IMG/VR virus record: IMGVR_UViG_3300020042_009799
Location: 1-63,181 of that record
Source of the DNA: a virus
Lineage: Duplodnaviria > Caudoviricetes
DNA length: 63,181 nucleotides
Reading direction: 5' to 3' (one strand)
Position numbers and translations under genes: made by a program. Below, one piece after another: positions 56,046 through 63,181 of this stretch. A model generated the notes under the pieces. It ran no database searches. It was not told where the DNA came from and worked only from the letters and a program-made list of their open reading frames with translations. How positions within the stretch are numbered: position 1 is the stretch's first letter; each line of letters opens with the position of its first letter.

Positions 56046-56399
56046 ATGGCAGCTCGCAAGACGACCGCAAAGAAAGCGGAAGCCCCACCATCCCGACTCC
56101 GTCGAGCCCCCTCGACCAACCAATGGTTCACGAACCTCGAAAACATTGAGCGCCTGCGAGGAATCCTCGAAGACCCAGTATTCATCGCCGCCTCCAACCT
56201 GTTGCTGAACGCTTCCCGCTTGAACACCGGAAACCTATTCAAGGTCCCGGCTCTTATCCCACTGAAAGCAGCCCAAGTCGCGGGCTACAACGATTTCTAC
56301 AACGATCTGGTTAGCCTCGCCAAGGCCCCTGAAACTTTCAATCCGACGCTGCCCGACGAGTGGTCGCATATCGGATCTGAGGAAGAACACGAAGCCTAA
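56046..56399 (+). CDS. Hypothetical head-module protein
   Basis: Between portal and scaffold; TTGAAT-18-TAATGT-6-ATG. Confidence 0.65.
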   Translation: MAARKTTAKKAEAPPSRLRRAPSTNQWFTNLENIERLRGILEDPVFIAASNLLLNASRLNTGNLFKVPALIPLKAAQVAGYNDFYNDLVSLAKAPETFNPTLPDEWSHIGSEEEHEA

Positions 56400-56404
56400 C
56401 AACT

Positions 56405-57532
56405 ATGCCTGAACAAGAATCCGGAGCCTTCGATAGCTCCTTTGAACAAGCCCTCGCCGCTGCGTTTGCGGATGTCCCTGAGACTCAGGAGCCAGAAACA
56501 ACCCCAGAGGAGACTACTCCTGAGATTGAGACTCCGGTAATCGAGGAGACCTTCGAAGAGAACGAGTCCGTAGTACTCCCCATCGACGACGAAGAAGAAG
56601 CCCAACCCGAAGAGGAGGAGCAGGTCGATACCAGCGGCATGACCAAGTCCGCCGGAATTCGCTTCAAGGAACTCCGCACAGAACTGAAAGCCGAGAAGCA
56701 GGCCCGCGTTGCCCTCGAACAGAAGGCAACTGCTGCGGAAGCCCGCCTCAAGGAGTTGGAAGGCACAGGCAACATCTCCGAGGAACTCAAGCAGAAGATC
56801 GCCTCCTACGAGTCCGAGCTTCAGCTGTCTCGCCTCGAAGCTACCGAAGCCTACCGCAACGCGGTCACCGAGCCGCTCAAGGAAGCCGCTTCGATCGCTG
56901 ACGCCATCGCCATCAAGTACGAGATCAACTCGGACGAGATCCTAGACGCCCTCGCGCTGACGGACCAGACCGAGCAGGACGAAGCTTTCGAGACGCTGCT
57001 TGCCGGTGTCAACGAACGCGACAAACTCAAGATTTACGCCCTCGCCGAGAAGCTCCCGGCGATCTTCGACCAGCGGCAAAAACTGCATGAAAATAAGGAG
57101 CAAGCTCTTGCAGAACTTGAAGCTCGCAAGGTCGAAGGCGAACAGGAAGCTGCCGCCCAGCGGGCCATCGCTCGCAAGGAAGCAACTGACCTTGTCACCC
57201 GCCGGGTGGAAGCGAAGTTACCCTTTCTCAAGACGGTCGCTGGCATGGATCTCAATGCGATCAAAGCACACATCGTTGAGACCGATCTTGAGTCCCTCGA
57301 CGTCGCCAACAAGACCTACAACGCCTTGTCTGGACGCGCCCTCCCCAAGCTCGCCGCCGCGTACAAGTCCGCTCTCGACGAGATCGAGCAGCTGACCAAT
57401 GACCTCGACAGCTACAAGAAGTCCACCCCCGGAGTCGGAGCACGTGGAACCCAGCAATCCGCTTCCACTTCCGCGGAACCCGGAGTCGCTTTTGCCGAAG
57501 CCGTTGAACGAGCCTTCGCCGGAATCAGGTAA
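56405..57532 (+). CDS. Capsid scaffolding protein
   Basis: Acidic N-terminus, long coiled coil, upstream of capsid gene. Confidence 0.7.
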   Translation: MPEQESGAFDSSFEQALAAAFADVPETQEPETTPEETTPEIETPVIEETFEENESVVLPIDDEEEAQPEEEEQVDTSGMTKSAGIRFKELRTELKAEKQARVALEQKATAAEARLKELEGTGNISEELKQKIASYESELQLSRLEATEAYRNAVTEPLKEAASIADAIAIKYEINSDEILDALALTDQTEQDEAFETLLAGVNERDKLKIYALAEKLPAIFDQRQKLHENKEQALAELEARKVEGEQEAAAQRAIARKEATDLVTRRVEAKLPFLKTVAGMDLNAIKAHIVETDLESLDVANKTYNALSGRALPKLAAAYKSALDEIEQLTNDLDSYKKSTPGVGARGTQQSASTSAEPGVAFAEAVERAFAGIR

Positions 57533-57551
57533 CACTTATCACGATCCCCCT

Positions 57552-57587
57552 AACCCTGACTCGTTTATCGCGGGTCAGGGTTTTTTT
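57552..57587 (+). terminator. Intrinsic terminator
   Basis: AACCCTGACTCG..CGGGTCAGGGTT followed by T run. Confidence 0.8.
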
Positions 57588-57611
57588 ATTTACCGGGCTC
57601 GCCTTTTGTTG

Positions 57612-57641
57612 TTGAATGTTTTACCCCTAGTCGGCTATTCT
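57612..57641 (+). promoter_or_regulatory. sigma70-like promoter for the capsid gene
   Basis: TTGAAT-18-TATTCT about 180 nt upstream of the ATG. Confidence 0.55.
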
Positions 57642-57820
57642 TTCCACAGCTGAACGACGAAACTCCTTCGCTGGGTAGGTAACCCTTCTATCAGTAGTCT
57701 TGAAGCAGAATCGGAGATAGGCGCTTGCGCCGCTGTTACCTTTGACTCCAGTAACAACCAACTGTGTGGCAGCGAGTGCTGTTACGATTCTGTTTACAAC
57801 CCCTCTACTTACCTACTACC

Positions 57821-59155
57821 ATGGCTGGCTCATTCCCACCCGCTTCTAGTTCTACGGCTGCAATCAACGAGATCCTCACGCAAGAGGCCAACCGCATTAG
57901 TCCTGACATCCATCGTCAGACCCTCGGCATGTCGCCTTGGATGGACCTTATCCGTAAAAGCGAATTCGCTGACGGCATGGGTTATCAGCGCAACGTGCTG
58001 ATCTATGACCGCGCGCTTCCGCTCAACGACGGAAACAACACTGGTACTTTCGATGTCCTCGGCCTTAACTGGGCGAACCTCGCCTCGTCCGCCCTCACCT
58101 CGGATAACTCGGCCCTCAACAGCGCCGCTCTTATCGCTGGTTCTTCGGTAGACAACGTCGGCCCATACAACAAGTCGGCCCGTATCGACTTTACCCGCAA
58201 ACTGAAGAGCTTCAACCTTCAGCGCGCCACGGTCCAGTCCCCACGCATCAACGTGGAAGACCTCCGCTTCGCCGCTTATCGCCAAGAGCAGCTCGGTGCG
58301 ATAATGGACATCCTCAAGGATTCCACTCAGCGCAGCTGGATTGAGCGTTATCGCGACGAGTATGAGCGTGTTGCCGCCAACCTCGTTCCTTGCCTTAGCA
58401 CCGCCACTCCGATCCTCACCACGGTCAACACCGACGGCGACTCGACTGCGGATGACCTCTTCGAAGGTGCTCAGGTTACCGATGTTCGGATCACCACTTC
58501 CGGTGCTTCCAACGCGGATGTCACTCCGACCGCCAACATCTCCAACAAGGTGCTGGACAAAATCTACTACGCCCTCGTTCGTCAAGGCGCTGGTTCCAAG
58601 GCTTACGGTCGTGAAAACGCCCGCCCAGTCTACGGTCTGGTCCTCAGCTCGGAAGCCAGCTACGCGCTGATGACCGAAGCAGGATTCCGGGATGACGTTC
58701 GCTACGACGCTTCCAAGGTCTCTGAACTCCTCGCCCCGCTCGGAATTGAGAAGTCCTTCCGTGGTTTCTACCACTTGGTTGATGACCTCTGCCCGCGGTA
58801 CACCCAGAGCGGCGCTTCCTTGCTTCGCGTTCGCCCGGAAATTTACTCCAGCGGCGTGCTGATCATGAACCCCGCGTACGACACGGCTGACTTCGAAGCT
58901 GCCTACGTCCTCCACGAGGAAGTCATGGAATCCCAGATTCCGAACCCAATCACCAGCGGCGGTGCCGGTGTTTCGTTCAACCCAACGGACTACAAGGGTA
59001 AGTTCACTTACCTCAACATCCTGAACGAAACCACCAACCCAGATGGTGTCATCGGCTTCTTCCGCGGCGTCCTCGCCTCGGCCACCAAGCCAATCAAGAC
59101 GAACTTCGGTTACGTCATCGTCTTCAAGCGCACCAGCTCCACCCCTGCTGCCTAA
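57821..59155 (+). CDS. Major capsid protein
   Basis: 444 aa after scaffold, own promoter and terminator, strongly biased codons; SPWMDLI...FADGMG. Confidence 0.8.
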   Translation: MAGSFPPASSSTAAINEILTQEANRISPDIHRQTLGMSPWMDLIRKSEFADGMGYQRNVLIYDRALPLNDGNNTGTFDVLGLNWANLASSALTSDNSALNSAALIAGSSVDNVGPYNKSARIDFTRKLKSFNLQRATVQSPRINVEDLRFAAYRQEQLGAIMDILKDSTQRSWIERYRDEYERVAANLVPCLSTATPILTTVNTDGDSTADDLFEGAQVTDVRITTSGASNADVTPTANISNKVLDKIYYALVRQGAGSKAYGRENARPVYGLVLSSEASYALMTEAGFRDDVRYDASKVSELLAPLGIEKSFRGFYHLVDDLCPRYTQSGASLLRVRPEIYSSGVLIMNPAYDTADFEAAYVLHEEVMESQIPNPITSGGAGVSFNPTDYKGKFTYLNILNETTNPDGVIGFFRGVLASATKPIKTNFGYVIVFKRTSSTPAA

Positions 59156-59161
59156 TCACCC

Positions 59162-59205
59162 GAGCCCGGTTCGCCCTAAACCAGCGGGCCGGGCTCTTTC
59201 CCTTT
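59162..59205 (+). terminator. Hairpin/terminator after the capsid gene
   Basis: GAGCCCGGTTCGC..GCGGGCCGGGCTC then TTTCCCTTT. Confidence 0.6.
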
Positions 59206-59212
59206 CCTTACC

Positions 59213-59656
59213 ATGCCCACTCTTGACGACGCGCCTACCGTGCGCACCCTCACCTCGCCAGCTGCCGGAGACCTGTTTCAGGTGTACGACATCTCGGAAC
59301 AGCCTACTGGGGCCAAGACTCTTGCTCTTGGTTCAATCCTAGGTCTTGGTCTCCTCGCTGCCGACGTTACCACGGTCTCGGCAACCTCGGCGACCGTCAG
59401 TACTCGGCTCACCGTATGCACTAGCACCGACGCCGGGAATGTCACACTTACTTTGCCTGCAGCATCGGGTGCCTTGCGTGATGTCACCGTCATGAAGGCA
59501 GCCGCCACCGCGACCGTCGCGATCAACCGCGCTGGCTCGGACCTCATTGTCTCTGGCGCGGTAGTCAATGCCACGTCCGTGACTTGCGGCGTCGGCCTCG
59601 TAGTCCGTCTCCTGTCCGACGGAACCAAGTGGTATCACGTCTCCAACGACGCCTGA
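59213..59656 (+). CDS. Putative capsid decoration/fibre protein
   Basis: VTLTLPAA..V.K....GSD.I....LLSDGTKW domain. Confidence 0.65.
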   Translation: MPTLDDAPTVRTLTSPAAGDLFQVYDISEQPTGAKTLALGSILGLGLLAADVTTVSATSATVSTRLTVCTSTDAGNVTLTLPAASGALRDVTVMKAAATATVAINRAGSDLIVSGAVVNATSVTCGVGLVVRLLSDGTKWYHVSNDA

Positions 59657-59797
59657 CCTCCTCCCTAATCCCCTTGCCCCGGAATTCCCTCTCCCACCCT
59701 TGTGGTGGTGAAGGTGCCGGGGCCATCTTAAAAACCACGAGCCTCGGACGCGCTACCTTACTGGGGCTCGTGGTTTTACACCTTTCCTTACACTATC

Positions 59798-60037
59798 ATG
59801 GCTGATCTGTACTTCCCTATCCCTGCTGGCATCGAAATGCCTGAACTCGCCGAGGGCGAAACCATCGACTTTATGACCACCTACACGGTGTCTGAAGGCA
59901 TGCTAGTGCCTCTCTCCATCGAGGGTGAGCCGATCACTGGAGCCGACGAAGAAGGTGAGCTAGAAGAAGAAGAAGAAGCAGAGCCCGTCGAAGACGGAGC
60001 CTCTTTCCAGAACGCTATTGAATCCCGCCTACGCTGA
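59798..60037 (+). CDS. Small acidic protein
   Basis: Glu-rich; coupled to the next gene. Confidence 0.65.
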   Translation: MADLYFPIPAGIEMPELAEGETIDFMTTYTVSEGMLVPLSIEGEPITGADEEGELEEEEEAEPVEDGASFQNAIESRLR

Positions 60038-61110
60038 TGCCTACAAAAGAACTTCTCTCAGAAAAAGATCTCAAGTTCCTCAAAGAGGATTTCTTACGCT
60101 TGAAGAGATACGGGGCTGATACTAAGTCAATTGAATCCATGCTCCGAGACAACGGAGTAGCTGACGACTTCTTTGGCTCTCCTAAGCAGGCTTACGCCAA
60201 GCCCGAAAACGCAGCTGACGACCTCCGTAATATGGGTCAGCCAGACATGGGCAAGATGGCAGAAGGAATGTTTGGAGCCAACCAAAAAGACTCTGAGCCT
60301 GTCTCTGGTAGGGGACCAGCTGCCAAAACGCAGACTGTGTCTACTCAAGAAGGCAAAGTGCCAGCAGCTCCTGCGCGCACAAAAGCAGAAGCTTACGCCA
60401 AGCCCAAAAATGCAGCTGACGACCTCCGTAATATGGGTCAGCCCGATATGGGTAAGATGGCAGAAGGAATGTTTGGAGCCAACCAAAAAGATTCCGAGCC
60501 TACCTCTGGTAGGGGCCCAGCTGTCAAAACGCAGACTGTGTCTACTCAAGAAGGCAAAGCCTACGCCCAGCCAGAAAACGCAGCTGACGACCTCCGTAAT
60601 ATGGGTCAGCCCGATTTCCTTAAAGCAGTCGAGGCCGCTTTTGGAGCCAACCAAAAAGATTCCGAGCCTACCTCTGGTAGGGGCCCAGCTGTCAAAACAC
60701 AGACTGTGTCCACTCAAGAAGGCAAAGCATCTGCGGCTCCTTCGCGCACAAAAGTAGAAGCATACGCTCAGCCGGAAAACGCAGCTGACGACCTTCGTAA
60801 TATGGGTCAGCCCGATTTCCTCAAAGCAGTTGAGGCTGCTTTTGGAGCCAACCAAAAAGACTCCGAGCCCGCTTCAGGTAAAGGCCCAGCTGTCGAAACG
60901 CAGACTGTGTCTACTCAAGAAGGCGAAGTACCTTCAGCTGCTTCGGACCCCATGGCGCTTTTTAAGGTGACCCACGGAACCAAATTTGATCCAAAGTCAC
61001 GAGTAGACAGAGCCAAGCTGGCGGTAATCAATTCTATGCTTGCGAAGAACCCAGAGCTTTCTAAGCTTTCCCCGAACCAGTTCGCCGCAAGGGTTTACCG
61101 CAACCGCTAA
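60037..61110 (+). CDS. Tandem-repeat protein (four 56-67 aa units)
   Basis: Units start at 60190, 60391, 60559 and 60760. Confidence 0.8.
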   Translation: MPTKELLSEKDLKFLKEDFLRLKRYGADTKSIESMLRDNGVADDFFGSPKQAYAKPENAADDLRNMGQPDMGKMAEGMFGANQKDSEPVSGRGPAAKTQTVSTQEGKVPAAPARTKAEAYAKPKNAADDLRNMGQPDMGKMAEGMFGANQKDSEPTSGRGPAVKTQTVSTQEGKAYAQPENAADDLRNMGQPDFLKAVEAAFGANQKDSEPTSGRGPAVKTQTVSTQEGKASAAPSRTKVEAYAQPENAADDLRNMGQPDFLKAVEAAFGANQKDSEPASGKGPAVETQTVSTQEGEVPSAASDPMALFKVTHGTKFDPKSRVDRAKLAVINSMLAKNPELSKLSPNQFAARVYRNR

Positions 61111-61247
61111 TGAAATACGTCGCCTGCATTCTAGTCGCCCTGATGCTCGCCTCTTGCGGGGCGACCATCGGGTTTGATGGACCTTACACGGGCCTCCACT
61201 ACGACGTCACGATCTCTGCACCCAAAGCGGTTCTCCCAGAAAAATGA
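61110..61247 (+). CDS. Small lipoprotein (not in ORF track), possible spanin component
   Basis: MKYVACILVALMLASC lipobox; overlaps both neighbours. Confidence 0.65.
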   Translation: MKYVACILVALMLASCGATIGFDGPYTGLHYDVTISAPKAVLPEK

Positions 61248-61585
61248 ATGACTGGCTCGTCAAGTCGATCGGATCTTTCGTACTCGCCGGAGCGTTCTAC
61301 GTCTCATCCGCTATCACGAGTCTGGCATCAGAGATCACGACTGGCGAACCACACTCGCTTATCACGAACGGCGGACAACTTACCGTCGTCGGGATTCTCG
61401 CCTTCGCAGTGGTGACATTGTGGAAAGGCGTTCAGGACCTCCAGAAAGAAGTCCGCACATCGCTCCAGAACCAGATCGTCAATCAGCAGGGCGAGCTTCA
61501 GAAGTCCCACGAGAGTCGTGAGGCGTACACGGAGGCTCTCAACAACCTCATCGCCGAGATCCGCACAAGCAGAATCGACAAGTAA
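61244..61585 (+). CDS. Holin- or spanin-like membrane protein
   Basis: Two hydrophobic segments plus coiled coil near the endolysin. Confidence 0.55.
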   Translation: MNDWLVKSIGSFVLAGAFYVSSAITSLASEITTGEPHSLITNGGQLTVVGILAFAVVTLWKGVQDLQKEVRTSLQNQIVNQQGELQKSHESREAYTEALNNLIAEIRTSRIDK

Positions 61586-61591
61586 TCCCCT

Positions 61592-61768
61592 ATGAAGACG
61601 AAAAGCACTGTCAACTCCGCTGGCAACTACACCAAGCCCACGATGCGCAAACGACTGTTTGAGAGCATCAAGAGCGGCAGCAAGGGTGGAGACGCTGGAG
61701 AATGGTCCGCACGAAAGGCCCAGCTTCTCGCCCGTGAGTATAAAGCCAATGGCGGCGGCTATAAGTGA
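61592..61768 (+). CDS. Small basic protein (DUF5872-like N-terminal half; not in ORF track)
   Basis: YTKP.MR...KGG..GEWSARKAQLLAREYK..GGGY. Confidence 0.75.
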   Translation: MKTKSTVNSAGNYTKPTMRKRLFESIKSGSKGGDAGEWSARKAQLLAREYKANGGGYK

Positions 61769-61799
61769 TCTGGTTGTTTCCCTCCAAGAGACTAGACAC

Positions 61800-62033
61800 A
61801 TGGAACCACAACAGGAATCTTTGAGCAGGTGGACAGCCCAGAAGTGGCGGACCAGTGATGGCAAGCCGTCTAAGGGCAAGAAGCGGTACCTGCCCGATGC
61901 TGCGTGGAAAGCTTTATCCCTAGCAGAGAAGGCAGCAACGAACCGGGCCAAGGCCGCTGGCAACAAGAGCGGTGAGCAGTTCGTCAAGCAGCCTAAGAAG
62001 ATTGCGGATAAGGTTCGGGCCTTCCGTAAGTGA
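61800..62033 (+). CDS. Small basic protein (DUF5872-like C-terminal half)
   Basis: Q.SL..WT.QKW.T, RYLP..AW..LS..EK.ATN.AK. Confidence 0.75.
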   Translation: MEPQQESLSRWTAQKWRTSDGKPSKGKKRYLPDAAWKALSLAEKAATNRAKAAGNKSGEQFVKQPKKIADKVRAFRK

Positions 62034-62081
62034 TAGCCAAAGGGCAGCACACAGAAGCCCTCAACCCAATCGCCTAGATCC

Positions 62082-62573
62082 GTGCTGGTAACATCAACAA
62101 GTAAGCTGAGCTACCGGGAACTCCCCGCCAAGTTCGGCAGCAAGTATCGCTTCGAGCTTCTCGAAGATTTTTCTATCTGCGTTGACCGCAAGCTCGGCAC
62201 GCACTCCTTCCGCGACAAACGCGGAGCCGAATGGTTGAGCTTCGACGGCGACACGATCACCGTTCGCCGGTTCTACAACTGGAACGGCTCCTCACCAAAG
62301 ATCGCGGTTGCAGGCAAGTGGATCGGTACCCCCGACACTGCCTCGAATCTCGCTGGCTCTGTCGTCCATGACGCCCTTTATCAGTACCTCGACGCACACT
62401 GCTTCCCGCTGGATCAGGCCGAGGCGAACGCCATTTTCTACGAGCTGATGAAGCGCGAGGGCTTCGCATTGTCAGGCGTCTACTTGGGCGCGGTCGCCAC
62501 GCTCGGATACCCGTGGAAGTTCTTTGGAGACTTATTCAAGAAGCCTCCAGAGTGCCATTATCACGGGGATTGA
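62082..62573 (+). CDS. DUF1353-like protein
   Basis: WNGSS, SVVHDALY, A..IF...M motifs. Confidence 0.7.
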   Translation: MLVTSTSKLSYRELPAKFGSKYRFELLEDFSICVDRKLGTHSFRDKRGAEWLSFDGDTITVRRFYNWNGSSPKIAVAGKWIGTPDTASNLAGSVVHDALYQYLDAHCFPLDQAEANAIFYELMKREGFALSGVYLGAVATLGYPWKFFGDLFKKPPECHYHGD

Positions 62574-62610
62574 GGTTGTATTGCTATGCCCTTTCAGGTA
62601 TCATTTGCCC

Positions 62611-63168
62611 ATGAAAGTCGCAATTTGCGTAGGTCACAGCCGCGATGGAGACGACGGAGCAGAATCCGTATCAGGAATCACGGAATGGGCGTACAATGAC
62701 ACGCTGGCTGGATTCCTGAAGGAGGCTCTTCGCCTGCGCGGAATCGAGTCCGAGATCATCGACCACTACAAGGGCAAAGGATACTCTGCCGCGATGCGGG
62801 ACGCTGCTGCTCAGGTCGCCAACTACGGAGCTGACATCGCCCTTGAGCTCCACTTCAACAGCGCGGACTCCAGCGCCAACGGCTTCGAGTATCTTTTCTG
62901 GCACAGCTCCAACAAAGGCGCTCGCCTTGCTGCCAGTCTGATCTCCACGCACGCCAAGAACTTCTCTGGTTTCAAGAACCGCGGACCCAAGCCAATCGAC
63001 GCCAACGACCGCGGCGGAAGTTTCCTTCGCCTGACGCCGTGCCCGGCTGTGATCTGCGAGCCTTTCTTCGGATCCAACGATCGCGAGTGGAACTTCTACT
63101 CCATCAACTACTCCAAGCTCGCCGAGGCTTACGCCGACGCTATCGTTCTTTACAAAGATGGCAACTGA
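62611..63168 (+). CDS. Endolysin, N-acetylmuramoyl-L-alanine amidase (Amidase_3)
   Basis: VGHS, E, ELHFNS, ICEPFF; promoter TTGTAT-17-TATCAT-6-ATG. Confidence 0.92.
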   Translation: MKVAICVGHSRDGDDGAESVSGITEWAYNDTLAGFLKEALRLRGIESEIIDHYKGKGYSAAMRDAAAQVANYGADIALELHFNSADSSANGFEYLFWHSSNKGARLAASLISTHAKNFSGFKNRGPKPIDANDRGGSFLRLTPCPAVICEPFFGSNDREWNFYSINYSKLAEAYADAIVLYKDGN

Positions 63169-63181
63169 AATCCCACGTTCC

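Noticed and set aside
60190-60930. Diversity-generating retroelement template/variable repeat
   Set aside because: No reverse transcriptase recognised, and differences between copies are not adenine-specific
63061-63181. Terminal repeat as a biological DTR
   Set aside because: It cuts through coding sequence, and its 121-nt length fits an assembler k-mer overlap
1-63181. Stop-codon reassignment
   Set aside because: Long conserved genes are intact under the standard code, and no suppressor tRNA was seen

Overview
The window is a complete, circularly assembled tailed dsDNA phage genome of about 63,060 bp; bases 1-121 recur exactly at 63061-63181. It looks podovirus-like: portal, scaffold, major capsid, tail fibre/tube genes and a 4002-aa internal virion protein are present, while no tape measure, sheath, integrase or RNA polymerase was recognised. 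There are four blocks. (1) A + strand structural/lysis block, 52197-63168, continuing through 98-7438. (2) A - strand replication block, 7392-21913, with primase-helicase, family A DNA polymerase, Cas4-like nuclease, phosphoesterase, intein-containing SF2 helicase and resolvase. (3) A + strand block, 21974-39783, with TerL, a tRNA/ncRNA cluster, HNH and ejection proteins. (4) A - strand early/accessory block, 39836-51371, with an amidoligase-GATase-amidoligase cassette and many repeats. The most unusual observation is a helicase intein whose Vsr/DUF559-like endonuclease is a separate gene in a shifted reading frame nested inside the still-open intein frame. Other highlights: a 112-120 bp element present twice about 28 kb apart, with a conserved 72-bp core and co-varying inverted arms; ten copies of a 20-bp palindrome in the early region; genome-wide degenerate heptamer repeats; several tRNA-like/CCA-ending RNAs beside tRNA-Met; and recurrent leaderless sigma70-type promoters. 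All family assignments come from motifs read by eye, not from database searches.
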